A stretch of 64,000 bases of DNA from Nitrospirota bacterium (GCA_963836175.1 CAWIIS010000006.1:95213-159212); one strand, 5' to 3'; shown: positions 17,728 through 27,603, counted from the first letter of the stretch. Notes: generated from the letters alone by a model not told the origin. Translations and numbers: made by a program.

Positions 17728-20244
17728 GTGGACCTGCATAACCGTGAAGTGCCCTCCGCCGAACTCCGGCATGCCTGCGATCCCGCCGAATTCCCTTTTG
17801 AAACTACAGCGGAACTTATTCCCTCCGATGAGGTCATCGGCCAGGAGCGCGCAGTGACGGCCATCGAGTTCGGCCTCTCCATCACGAACCACGGATACAA
17901 CATCTTTGTGTCCGGCATTCCGGGCACCGGCAGAAATTCCATCGTCAGGTCCATTGTACAGCGGATCTCCCGGGAGCTGCCCGTGCCCGACGACTGGTGC
18001 TACATCAACAATTTCAAGGACCCCGACCGCCCGCGGGCCATCAAGCTCCCTCCGGGAAAAGGCGGCGAGTTCCGGCGCGACATGGAGAAGTTCATCGAGT
18101 TCATGCAGAGCGAGATCCCCAAGGTCTTCGAATCCAAGGAATACGAGGAACAGAAGACCGCGCATCGCCGACGAGGCGGAAAAGGCGAAGGAAGTCCTGT
18201 TCAGCGATGCCGCCCGGCTCGCCCTCGAACTCGGATTTCAACTTACGATCACGCGCACCGGCATCGTCAAGGTCCCGATGTGGAAGGGCAAGCCGCTCAC
18301 GCCCCAGGAACTGGAGACCCTCTCGCCGGAGCAGCGGCACGAGCTGGAAGACCACGAAAAAAAGGTGGACGCCGGGATCCGCGACTTTCTGTCCAAGGCG
18401 CGGCTGCTCGACAAGCAGGCGCACGAAAAGATCCATGAGCTGAACCGCCGGGTCGCGCACTTTTCCATGGGGCACCAGCTCGACGACCTGAAGGAAAAAT
18501 TCAGCGTCAACCCGCGCATTCCCGAATATCTCGCCGAAGTGGAAGAAGACATCCTGAGCAACCTGCGGGAGTTCCTGGGCCAGACGCAGGAGCTGCCCTT
18601 CCAGATCGAGGGCATGGACAAAGGGAGCTTTCTCGAGCGCTACAAGGTGAACGTCATCGTGGACAACGCCGGGACCAAGGGCGGGCCGCGTCGTCGAGGA
18701 GGTCAATCCTACCTACAACAACCTGGTCGGCCGCATCGAGCGCAAGGCGCGGTTCGGCGCATTCTTTACCAACTTCACCATGATCACGGTCCGGCTCGGT
18801 GCTCCAGGCCAACGGCGGGCTACCTGCTTTTGAACGCCATCGACGTGCTCCGGAGCCCCTTTTCCTGGGACGCGCTCAAGCGGATCATCAAGCGGCAGGA
18901 AGTAAAGGTCGAGGACGTCACCGAGCTCTACGGTTTTGCCACCGGAGGCATCAAGCCCGAACCCATCCCGGTGTCGCTCAAGATCATCATGCTCGGCAGC
19001 CCCTGGCTCTATTACCTGCTCTATCAATTACGATGAGGACTTCAGGGAGATCTTCAAGGTCAAGTCCGACTTCGACACCCGGACCCCGGGTTCAAAGGAC
19101 GAAACCCTGCGGTACGCGAATTTTGTCGGCAGGACCGCGAAGAGCGACGGACTGCTCCCTTTTGACCGGAGCGCTGTCGCCGGCATTGTGGACCACGCCA
19201 CGCGGCTTGCCGAAAAAAAGAACAAGCTCTCGCTCCGCTTCAGCGAACTGTCGGACCTGGTGCGCGAGGCCTCGTACTGGGCTGTGAAGGCGGGGAGTTC
19301 CGTGGTTACCGGCGTCCACGTGGACAAAGCGCTGGACCAGAAGATTTACCGGTCGAACCTGCTCGACGATCGCATCCAGGAGCTGTTCGCCGAGGGCACT
19401 CTGATGGTCGATGTCTCCGGTTCAGCAGTCGCGCAGGTGAACGGGTTGTCCGTCTACGACATCGGCGATTTTTCTTTCGGCAAGCCGTCGCGCATCACCA
19501 GCCGCGTGTACCTCGGCAAAGCCGGCGTCGTCGACATCGAGCGCGAAGCAAAGCTTTCGGGCCGCATCTACAACAAAGGCGTGCTGATCCTGTCGGGCTA
19601 TCTCGGCGGCGCCTTTGCCCGGGACAAGACGCTTTCGGTCTCGGCTAGCCTTGCCTTTGAGCAGAGCTACGGCGAGATCGAGGGCGACAGCGCCTCGGCG
19701 GCCGAGCTGATCGCGCTGCTCTCGGGCATCGCCGAAGTGCCGGTCAGGCAGGACCTCGCCATCACCGGCTCGGTCAACCAGAAGGGCGAGATCCAGCCCA
19801 TCGGCGGCGGTGAACGAGAAGATCGAGGGTTTCTTCAGCGTCTGCAGAAACCGGGGATTGACCGGCGACCAGGGCGTGATCATTCCGCAGCTCAATGTAA
19901 AGAACCTCATGCTCAAAAAGGACGTGGTCGAGGCGGTCAAGGAGGGGAAGTTCCGGATCTATGCCGTCACGACCGTGAATGAGGCGCTGGAACTTCTGAC
20001 GGGCATGCCGGCAGGCGAGCGGAAGGATGACGGCGCCTATCCCGAAGGCTCGGTCAATTTTCTGGTGGACAAGCGGCTTCGCGAGATGTCGAAGAAACTG
20101 AAGGCCGAAGACAAGGGAGAAGAGAAAAAAAGAAGGAAGAAAATGATGATGCCGCACCGAAGAAGGACCCGGGGCCAATGCCGTAGAACGGCCCGGCAAA
20201 GGATCAGGGAGCGCTTTCTGACATTTACCGTTATGCGGCTTTAG
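17728..20244 (+). CDS. Lon-like AAA+ serine protease (COG1067/LonB-LonC-type), split over four overlapping frames
   Basis: Four fragments cover the gene. ORF 17728..18438 has Walker A (SGIPGTGRNS). ORFs 17906..19036 and 18936..19982 carry the S16 protease domain (GDSAS). ORF 19810..20244 carries GVIIPQLNVKNL. The exact stop is uncertain. Confidence 0.8.
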
Positions 20245-20701
20245 GCTCTGCATTCTTTTCCAAGACAATCAGAATGCAATTATCATTCAGCGGCTCCCGC
20301 CTTATTTCCTTGTATCCCAGTTTTTTGTAAAGATGCAGGTTGCGAGCGCTCTTATGCCCGGTGGACAATTCATATCGATCTACCGAGGCTGCATATTTAT
20401 TCTCGATATTCTGCATTACACTTGATCCGATACCCCTGTTTTGTAAATCTGGATCTACTATGAGTTTCTCTATATAAAGGATGCGATCCTTAATGAAGCA
20501 TCGGATGCTCGCGATAATTTTTCCTTCAAGCTCCACCTTGTAAATCGTTTTCAGAGTGAATTCCTTTTTGAGGTCATCAAGCGTTTGTGTGAGCGATGGC
20601 AGGTTGAAGTCGCAGTAGATCAAGGCCTGGCCATGAAATGCCTTCTTCTGGAGCTCCAATATTTGGCCTAAATCTTTCTCTCCTGCTGCTTCAAGTTCCA
20701 T
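20231..20701 (-). CDS. GNAT-family N-acetyltransferase
   Basis: ORF 20231..20857. The likely start is MELEAAGEK at 20701, because the upstream part of the ORF is made of REP-like repeats. The acetyl-CoA site is LQNRGIGSSVM. Confidence 0.8.
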   Translation of the reverse strand: MELEAAGEKDLGQILELQKKAFHGQALIYCDFNLPSLTQTLDDLKKEFTLKTIYKVELEGKIIASIRCFIKDRILYIEKLIVDPDLQNRGIGSSVMQNIENKYAASVDRYELSTGHKSARNLHLYKKLGYKEIRREPLNDNCILIVLEKNAEPKAA

Positions 20702-20740
20702 CACGATATCCTCATAAAGACTATCTTCCACTACCGACAG

Positions 20741-20780
20741 CACCCTCTCCCCTCCGAAAGAGAGGGCTGGGGAGGGGGAA
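20741..20780. repeat. REP-like palindromic element (ctctcccc...gagaggg...ggggaggggg family)
   Basis: caccctctcccctccgaaagagagggctggggagggggaa. Related copies are at 28519..28555 and 47871..47922. Confidence 0.75.
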
Positions 20781-20823
20781 ACATCGTTATCTCGGCCACG
20801 GTCTAGTATGAGACTTTTTTCTA

Positions 20824-20850
20824 CCACGGAACACACGGAATACACGGAAA
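20824..20850. repeat. Short dispersed repeat (ccacggaacacacggaatacacggaaa family)
   Basis: Related copies are at 22722..22748 (inverted), 29634..29665 and 44221..44252. Confidence 0.75.
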
Positions 20851-20898
20851 AAACCAATTACTTTATCAGGATTATCTTCTTTTCTGTGGTTAAATGAT

Positions 20899-21945
20899 CT
20901 ATCGACTTGCCAGTTCAATCAGATCCGCCTGGTAGCCCCCGATCTGCACTCCAAGCCACTCGACATGGCGATCGCACCTGTTCTTCATATTCTCGTAATA
21001 GCGCGAAAGCTCGTCCATGCGATCGAGCATTCTGAACGTGCCGGTCCTCGTGATATTCCGGATTTTCGCATCGAGCTCGCTGGTTTTTCTCTTGAGCACT
21101 GCCATGTCCGCTTCATACGTTCTGATCATACCCCGAACAGCAGAGACCACCGGGCCCGGCTCTTCTCCGCCAATGACCCTGGCAAGCTCGTGTAATTTTA
21201 CGAACTCATCGGCCTTAATGATCAGCCAGCTCTCTTCATAATTCCCCAGCTCGGCCAGGCATTCAAAATACTTCTGCTGCTCACCAAGCGTTTTCAGCTC
21301 GCCTTGAAAGTAGAAAACCTCCGCATCGGAGAGGTCCTTGTATATCGCCTCCCGGCGATCATACGATCGATACGCCGGCCAAAGCTCGCGCGCCAGCTCC
21401 AGGTCGTCCTTGTCTACCAGGATGCGACGCTCCAATACGGCCGTATTCAGCTTTTGCATGCGTTCATCGAGCTTTTTCTTTTCTTCTTCCAGCTTCTGCA
21501 TCATTCCGGCGAGTTCAAGGGAAAGCTTCCGATACCCCTTTGTCAGCTCATCATATCGCGCGGTCCATCCGGCATCTGCCTGCGGTTTCGAGAAATACGC
21601 GCTCACTTCGAGATCGAATTCAGCAGCCATCCCCCCGAGCCAGTCGGCATATTTTTGATACCATTCCAAAAGACCGAGGCGTTCTTTTGCCTTGTTCCCG
21701 GGCTCGCGGCTCTCCGCAGCATCGACCTGTTCGGTCAGCACAGCGAGGGTTTCGCCCACGGACGCAAGCGTCCTGCCGAGGTCATCAGAGCCCCTCAGAA
21801 GGAACGTTTTTTCCCGTTCGATCCTTTTTTTGGACGATACCTGCTGAGCGGTTCCGGGTGCATCGACTGCGTTGGCTGCTGATACGGGGAGCAGGAGAAG
21901 CACTGCGGCGAAAGGAAGGTGCCAGTGTGGTTTAAGTAAATGCAT
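20899..21945 (-). CDS. Hypothetical secreted coiled-coil protein
   Basis: ORF 20899..21978. The likely start is MHLLKPHW, followed by a signal peptide (AAVLLLLPVSAANA). Long heptad-like segments are present. I do not recognise a family. Confidence 0.5.
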   Translation of the reverse strand: MHLLKPHWHLPFAAVLLLLPVSAANAVDAPGTAQQVSSKKRIEREKTFLLRGSDDLGRTLASVGETLAVLTEQVDAAESREPGNKAKERLGLLEWYQKYADWLGGMAAEFDLEVSAYFSKPQADAGWTARYDELTKGYRKLSLELAGMMQKLEEEKKKLDERMQKLNTAVLERRILVDKDDLELARELWPAYRSYDRREAIYKDLSDAEVFYFQGELKTLGEQQKYFECLAELGNYEESWLIIKADEFVKLHELARVIGGEEPGPVVSAVRGMIRTYEADMAVLKRKTSELDAKIRNITRTGTFRMLDRMDELSRYYENMKNRCDRHVEWLGVQIGGYQADLIELASR

Positions 21946-22017
21946 TTCGTTTACCCTCTCCCGAACTGATCTGAACAAGTTATTCCGGCCGGGAGGCGCG
22001 CCTCGGCAAGCGGGGAG

Positions 22018-22518
22018 TCAGGCATATTCGTAGCGCTCAATTCTTACCAAGGCCAAGTCACCAATTCGTTCAGTCGACACTTGCACTACATAGGCTTTTA
22101 TCCCGTCGGCCTTTTTGATCTGCAGTAAAGTTGAATCCCCGCTGTGTGGCTTGCCTGTCGTGAAGGTATCCACGATCGCATCTTTGATCTTGCAGTTTTC
22201 ACAATTACTATCTCTCCCGCAGCCCGCTTCCGTGAACGAATGAATGCAGTCAAAGACTTGGCCGCCCCGGTGACCGGCGACTTCGTGCGGTTCTTTCTTG
22301 AACAAGCCAAGCGCCCTTCTGTTTGCGGTAATCACCAACCTTGGATTTCCCTGCATCAAAAGAATCGGTGCATCGATTGCTTCAAGCAATGCGCTGGTGT
22401 TCGGCTCACCAGACGCCTGAAGGGAACAGGCTTTACAAATGCCGTGTGTTATGTTTTTCTCTGTGGATTGACTATCCGAATCAGTTTTCTTTTCACACAC
22501 CTTACAGGTCTTCGTCAT
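22018..22518 (-). CDS. Hypothetical Cys-rich protein: N-terminal zinc ribbon plus a PAS-like domain with an embedded Cys/His cluster
   Basis: 166-aa ORF with CKVCEKK...CKACS at the N-terminus, then a PAS-like core (PILLMQGNPRLVITANRRALGLF) carrying DCIH...GCGRDSNCENCKIK. Confidence 0.5.
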   Translation of the reverse strand: MTKTCKVCEKKTDSDSQSTEKNITHGICKACSLQASGEPNTSALLEAIDAPILLMQGNPRLVITANRRALGLFKKEPHEVAGHRGGQVFDCIHSFTEAGCGRDSNCENCKIKDAIVDTFTTGKPHSGDSTLLQIKKADGIKAYVVQVSTERIGDLALVRIERYEYA

Positions 22519-22585
22519 ATGCTCTTCTTTCAGACTGACTGCCTATCGGTACGTTCACCCGCCGCGCAGCGGTCGGCGTAGTCGG

Positions 22586-22704
22586 TAGGTTGAGTAGAAC
22601 GAAGTGAAACCCAACGCCTTTTTAAGTTGTGCCGGAATTGATACTCAGATTGCCGGAATCAATAAGCAAACCTGTCGGGTTTCGCCCTGCTCTACCCGAC
22701 CTAC
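22586..22704. repeat. MITE-like unit: about 31-bp imperfect inverted repeats flanking about 57 bp
   Basis: gtaggttgagtagaacgaagtgaaacccaac (22586..22615) matches the reverse complement of gtcgggtttcgccctgctctacccgacctac (22674..22704). The two arms differ only by transitions. The interior carries a duplicated ttgccggaat motif. Confidence 0.65.
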
Positions 22705-22721
22705 AAACTTCATTTCTTTAC

Positions 22722-22748
22722 TTTCCGTGTGTTCCGTGTGTTCCGTGG
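22722..22748. repeat. Short dispersed repeat (inverted copy of 20824..20850)
   Basis: tttccgtgtgttccgtgtgttccgtgg. It is followed by ttaaatggatct, as at 20888..20899 (ttaaatgatct). Confidence 0.75.
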
Positions 22749-22941
22749 TTAAATGGATCTCCCGTCAAGGAAGGCATCGAGCAGCTTCAGATCACCGGCT
22801 GTCCAGCGGTTATCATTGTCCAGGTCGCCCAACATGACCAGTTCTGAGTGGATCTCGATGCGGTGGGTCGGAATGGCAATTTTCCAGTATGTAAAGCGAT
22901 ATTTTGCTGGAGCCAACCAGTTAATCTCTATTCGGAACCCG

Positions 22942-23024
22942 GTTTAAGATAACATAAACAAGTTTATGATAGCATAAACCGGTTATTGCTATCATAAACG
23001 TTTGTGGTTTACGCTATGATAAAC
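22942..23024. repeat. Array of four 18-bp imperfect palindromes (GTTTAT-N6-ATAAAC), candidate operator or centromere-like site
   Basis: Units are at 22942..22959, 22962..22979, 22982..22999 and 23007..23024. Read on the minus strand they are GTTTATCATAGCGTAAAC, GTTTATGATAGCAATAAC, GTTTATGCTATCATAAAC and GTTTATGTTATCTTAAAC. Unit starts are spaced 20, 20 and 25 bp apart. Confidence 0.85.
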
Positions 23025-23205
23025 TTCTTCAGTTCGGCATCCTTCATTTTCCCGAACTGGAGATACCATGCCCGTGTCTTCGGATCCGATTTTCCCTGCG
23101 CAGCCTTGGCCTTTTCCTCAAAGCTTTGTCGCCATATCCAATACGGGCACGGAACCCGTGAGGTTCAGGTCTACTTTCATATCACCCTTCAAGATTCCAC
23201 CCGCA

Positions 23206-23661
23206 TCAACACAAATCGGGATTAGCTGCTGTGATCATCGACTTTGCCGCCAGGATCATCTCATCCAGGTCTTCCAGGTTCACGCTCTTGGCGTCCTGCT
23301 CGTGAATGTAGCGCCACCGGGCAAAGGCGGTGTCGAGTTTTTCGAAGTGTTTCACCAACTCGTCCGACGACAACGCCGTGTTGGAGAACTCGTCGAACCT
23401 GACGAGGAGCGTCTTCCGGGTCTCTTCCTTCATGCGCCCAAACAAGGCGGCCAGGGGCATGGGCTCGTCGCTGTCGTTGTCCTCAAGCGCCAGCAGGCAT
23501 TTGAAGTAGAGCTTAAGCGCCAGGGCGGCACAGGTCACCGCGGGTTGGGCCATCGGCAGGAACGATCCTGCTTCCTGTTCCTGCGTCTTCATAAGGATCG
23601 TGGCCCCCAGGTAGTAGGCGTTTGCGGAGCTGTAGTACACCAACGCGTTTGTCTTGTCCAT
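23206..23661 (-). CDS. HEPN-like protein (RX4H motif), function unknown
   Basis: 151-aa all-helical ORF. FARWRYIHEQ contains R-x4-H near the C-terminal helix. The LALKLYFKCLLAL helix resembles HEPN helix 2. It lies 35 nt downstream of the flotillin gene on the same strand. Confidence 0.5.
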   Translation of the reverse strand: MDKTNALVYYSSANAYYLGATILMKTQEQEAGSFLPMAQPAVTCAALALKLYFKCLLALEDNDSDEPMPLAALFGRMKEETRKTLLVRFDEFSNTALSSDELVKHFEKLDTAFARWRYIHEQDAKSVNLEDLDEMILAAKSMITAANPDLC

Positions 23662-23696
23662 GCTCTCCTCCTTGTTTTCTGTAATAACAACGATCG

Positions 23697-25258
23697 CTAA
23701 ATTACCTTCCCCTTGCCGTCCTTCTCGCCTTCCTTCTTCTCCGTCATTGCTCCCAGATAGCTCGGCAGTTCCACGCCCGCCATCCTGGCCACATCCTGAA
23801 GCGGCGGAATGCTGCGCACGAGGCTCGACAGAAAATTGGAGGTGGACGAACTGCCGTCGCCGTGGCCGCCTGCCGAATCCCAGACCGTCACCTTGTCGAT
23901 CTTGATGTTCTTGATGGCCTCGACCTGCATGGACACGATCTGCTCGATCTTCTCGGTCATGAGCAGCGTCGCGGCCGCCCGGGCGTCGCCGTTGCAGCTC
24001 TTGACCAGGTTCTGATACCCCGCGGCCTTGCTCTCAAGCACCTGCCTGATGCCCTTTGCCTCGGCCTCGTACTTGAGCAGGATGCGCGTCGGCCACGCCC
24101 TTGTGCCTCGCGCCGGGTCTTCTCGGCCTCGGCCTCGGCGGCGATCTCGATCATCTTTTTCTCGATCTCCTGCTTCACCACTTCTTCGGCGTTCAGGCGC
24201 TCCTGTTCCGCGCGGTACTGGGCCTTCTGGATCTCCACCTCGGCCTCGCGCCTGGCCACCTCGCCCTTCTGCAGCGCCTCGGCCTGGCGCATGGCCAGCT
24301 CGGCATTGGTTGCCGCGATATCGGCCTTGGCCTTGTTCTCGCCCGTGACCGCTTCGGCTTCCTGCGCCTGCACATACACGCGGCGGTCGGCCTCGGCTTT
24401 TTTCTTTCCCTTTTCGGCCTGGGCCACGTTCTCGGCGATCCGGATCTCCTTCTCCCGGTTGGCCTCGGCTTCGCCGACCGATGCCGCGGTCTCCTGCTGC
24501 TGCACGAAGACGCGGCGGTCCGCATCGGCCCGCTTCTTTCCCTTTTCCGCTTCTGCCGTGTTCTCGGCGACCTTGATCTCCTTGTCCCGGTTGGCCACGG
24601 CCTGGCCGATGGCGCCCAGCTTGTCCTGCTCGCGCCACGTCGACCTTCGCCCGGTTGATGGCTTCGGAGGCGGCCTTCTTTCCGATGCTCTCGATGTAGT
24701 CGGACTCGTCGGTGATGTCCGTGATGTTCACGTTGATCAGGTACAGGCCGATCTTGTTCAGCTCCGGCTCGACGTTCTTGCGGATGGACTCGAGGAAGCT
24801 TTCGCGGTCCTGGTTGATCTGCTCGATCGTGAGCGACGCCACGGTCAGGCGCAGCTGGCCGAAGATGATCTCCTTGGCCATGTCCTCGATGCGCTGGGGC
24901 GGCAGGTTCAGGAGCCGTTCGGCGGCGTTGTTCATGATGTTCTTGTCGACGCTGATGCCGACGGTGAAGGTGCTCGGCACGTTGATGCGGATGTTCTGGA
25001 GCGAGAGCGCGTTCTGGAGCGGGATGCTGATGGTGATCGGCGTGAGGCTCATGTAGCGGAGTCCTGGATCAGCGGCCAGACCAGGGCGCCGCCGCCGTGG
25101 ATGCACCGGGCCGACTGCCCCTCCCCCACTTTTCCGTACACCACGAGGATCATGTCCGAGGGGCACCGCTTGTACCGCGACGCCAGGAACACGACTGTTG
25201 AGACCACCAGAATGATCAGTGCCGCGATCGGCAGGACCCACAAACCCATGTTGAACAT
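23697..25258 (-). CDS. Flotillin-like SPFH/Band-7 protein, with several frame changes
   Basis: The N-terminal TM and SPFH start are in ORF 25049..25258. The SPFH core is in ORF 23697..25241 (FTVGISVDKNIMNNAAERLL...GQLRLTVASLTIEQINQDRESF). The EA-rich flotillin coiled coil is in ORF 23957..24598. The C-terminal part is back in the first frame. Confidence 0.85.
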
Positions 25259-25417
25259 ACGACCTCCTTGATTACTTTTTCATTCGAAATCAACCAAATT
25301 TTGCACAGGGAAATCAATTTCCCGCCGGCGCTAAGGACATTAACCTCACGTGATCTCTGCGGCTAAGGTTTACAGCGTCCTTGTCCTCCTAAGGATTTTT
25401 TCCTGCAGTTTCATCAT

Positions 25418-25997
25418 TCACATCTTCTCAACAACCAGCACGCTGTCGTTCACTTCCAGGACCCTGATCCGCTCGCCGGTCTTGATCTCCGCCCCGTCCT
25501 TTGCCACTGCCTCGAACTCGCGCGGCCTGCCGTGCATCGCGACCTGCACCTTGCCCGTCCCCTTTGCGCGGATCGTCAGATAGACCGTTCCCTGTTCTCC
25601 GATGGCAGCCGCATTGTCCATGGTGCCGCTGGACTGGAGCTTCTTGACCGAGGAAAAGATCCTGCCGATGAGCCAGACCGTTCCGATCCCGGCGGCAGAG
25701 CGCGCTCGCCAGGGCGACGCCGCCGCTTGCATGGCTCTCGCGCAGCATGGCGAAACCGACCAGGCCGAACATCATAAAGAACGCGGTCAGCCCCTGGAGC
25801 GTCAGCAGCTTGAAGCTGACGTCGGCATCAATGTGGTCCACATCGGCATGACCCACCTCGAGGTCCGTGTCCGCGTCGGTGTCGCTGCCGCCGAAGAGCT
25901 GGATCATGAACCTGACGATGAACAGCCCCCCGCCGATAACCGCGCAAACAATGAAAAAAAGCTCAAGACCGCTGAATTCCGTACCTGCACCACTCAT
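25418..25997 (-). CDS. NfeD-like membrane protein, with one frame change
   Basis: The TM part is in ORF 25428..25997. The C-terminal OB-fold is in ORF 25418..25732 (IGEQGTVYLTIRAKGTGKVQVAMHGRPREFEAV...IRVLEVNDSVLVVE). It is immediately upstream of the flotillin gene. Confidence 0.8.
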
Positions 25998-26213
25998 GGC
26001 GTTCCTCCAATGTTCTGATGCTGCGATTTGATCGGTTATTGCAGACCCGTATGCGGAGAGCTATGAAAAGAGTATGTGAATAGGCATTTGTTGTCAAGGA
26101 AATATCGGTAAACCGGGGAGGGTATTTTCAGGGCAATGGAAATAGCAGGGTTCAGGGATCGGGGGACAGGGTATCGTGGTGCGGGTTTAAGGTCGAAGGT
26201 GCCATGAAAACAG

Positions 26214-26244
26214 CAACAAAAAACGCGCTGACCATTTCAGCGCG
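26214..26244 (-). terminator. Intrinsic terminator after the 26270..26794 gene
   Basis: On the minus strand: stem cgcgctga / tcagcgcg (26237..26244 / 26224..26231) followed by TTTTTTGTT. Confidence 0.7.
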
Positions 26245-26269
26245 CGCGTCCTTTCGTTTGGAAAAGCTC

Positions 26270-26794
26270 CTACGCTGCCCGCTCCCAATCAACGCGGGCC
26301 AGCTTGTTGTCATGAGAGAAGTGGTATGCCACTTCCCCGTGAAAGGCCTTCTTGATGGCCCTGCCGAGCCGCTGCGCCAGCCGCTCGTTCGTGGTGGTGA
26401 TGATGAGGCTCCCGTTCCCGTTCTCCTTCACCGACATGACCCGCTCCAGGGGATTAAATCCCCGCGCCCGCTCCTCCTCGTTCTTGACGAGGTTCAGCAG
26501 TTCCTGTTTGTGCGGCAGCACATATCCACCCTTTAGCGTCACGATGCCGCCGGGTATATCGTCCTGCATCTTACGGCATGCCGGGCAGACCATCACCGTG
26601 GTGGCGGGATCCTGCATAACCGTATCGTATCGCTCGGGTGCAACGGACCAGCGCTTGTTGCTGTTCACGGCATGACAGCGCTCGCAGACGGAAACTTTTT
26701 TGCTTGCCCCTCTCGGGAGATAGGGGTCTGTGGTGATCGTTTTCTTTTTATACGATGGTTTGTAGTTCTTTGCGGTGCTCGCATTCATTTTCAT
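26270..26794 (-). CDS. Conserved hypothetical zinc-ribbon protein (two CxxC pairs, possibly BCAM0308/NMD3-like)
   Basis: 174-aa ORF with CERCHAV...CPACRK followed by an alpha/beta domain. The family assignment is from memory only. Confidence 0.45.
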   Translation of the reverse strand: MKMNASTAKNYKPSYKKKTITTDPYLPRGASKKVSVCERCHAVNSNKRWSVAPERYDTVMQDPATTVMVCPACRKMQDDIPGGIVTLKGGYVLPHKQELLNLVKNEEERARGFNPLERVMSVKENGNGSLIITTTNERLAQRLGRAIKKAFHGEVAYHFSHDNKLARVDWERAA

Positions 26795-26837
26795 AATTAC
26801 CGCCTCCTCCTACTCACGCGTTGCGATCAGGATGAGC

Positions 26838-27056
26838 TTACTTCACCTTCCGCTGGATCTCGGGAAACTCTTTCTTGAACTCAGGGATGTTCCTCGCAAG
26901 GAACAGCTGGAGCGCCTTGATCTCCGCTTTGAGGTCCCTGATCTCCTCGTCGAATTCTTTATCGCGTTTTTTCATGCTGTCCGCAAGGTTTGACAAGGCC
27001 TTTTCCTGGATCTTAAGCCGCTCCTCCGTGCCGGTTGCAGTATTCCGATTGTTCAT
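26838..27056 (-). CDS. Small hypothetical coiled-coil protein
   Basis: 72-aa charged helical ORF, co-directional with its neighbours. Coding is supported only by ORF length and context. Confidence 0.35.
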   Translation of the reverse strand: MNNRNTATGTEERLKIQEKALSNLADSMKKRDKEFDEEIRDLKAEIKALQLFLARNIPEFKKEFPEIQRKVK

Positions 27057-27073
27057 GTCGCACCTCTTATGCG

Positions 27074-27395
27074 CTATTTTTTCAGCTTCATCCCGAGCTT
27101 CTGTTCCACCGACTCAAGCTTCTTCTCGATCCGCTCTTCCTTGTCCTTGCGGTCGTCGATCGTGATGCTCGTGACCGCCCGATCAGCGTCCTTCATCACC
27201 TCCTGATAGCACTCTTTGATGACTGCCATGACCCGGTCCCACTCGCCCTTCGAGCACGGTCCCCATGGGGTTCGCCTTGTAGGGAATGCCGCTCCCGGCA
27301 ACGATCTTCAATACCCGTGCGACCACGGGGCTGACGCTCACACCTTTGCCCAGAGGAACAATGCTGAACTCCGCGAGTATGGTCATAGGTATCAC
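27074..27395 (-). CDS. MTH1187/YkoF-family (DUF77) thiamine-binding-like protein, with one frame change
   Basis: ORF 27183..27395 has the N-terminus MTILAEFSIVPLGKGVSVSPVVARVLKIV..SGIPYKANPMGTVLEG. The continuation is in ORF 27074..27301 (EWDRVMAVIKECYQEVMK). Confidence 0.7.
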
Positions 27396-27603
27396 CTTAT
27401 ATAAGAATCCTTAGTATCACAATCTTTCACTGGTACGGTACGACTTACGTCGGTCGTTTTCTCTATCCTGATTCAAGTATACCGCCCTTGCCGGAGCATG
27501 TAAAGACGGCCACGAGGCTGCTTTTCACGCTTGTAAGCCTTTGAACCCTGTGCGATAATGGATTGCTTTTCCCGGCTCGTCACGGACCGGCTAAACTACA
27601 ACG

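Noticed and set aside
22760-22925. Minus-strand reading frame ending ...LGDLDNDNRWTAGDLKLLDAFLDGRSI, which looks like a dockerin or EF-hand-like calcium-binding repeat
   Set aside because: The frame is closed by a stop directly upstream and has no plausible start before the motif. It is bordered by repeat elements. At best it is a gene remnant, and it is too short to support a call.
23068-23700. 210-aa plus-strand ORF overlapping the HEPN-like gene
   Set aside because: It has low-complexity Gly/Val/Arg-rich composition, no RBS and no recognisable motif. The minus-strand ORF has helical periodicity and sits in operon context, so I preferred the minus strand, though only with moderate confidence.
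23862-25271. 469-aa plus-strand ORF
   Set aside because: It is antisense to the flotillin gene. It is Ala/Ser/Arg-rich and mirrors the EA-repeat coiled coil. It is a shadow ORF.
27396-27560. TPP riboswitch upstream of the YkoF/MTH1187-like thiamine-binding gene
   Set aside because: I could not find the conserved CUGAGA and ACCUGAUCUGGAUAAUGCCAGCG-type blocks of the THI element on the minus strand of this leader.
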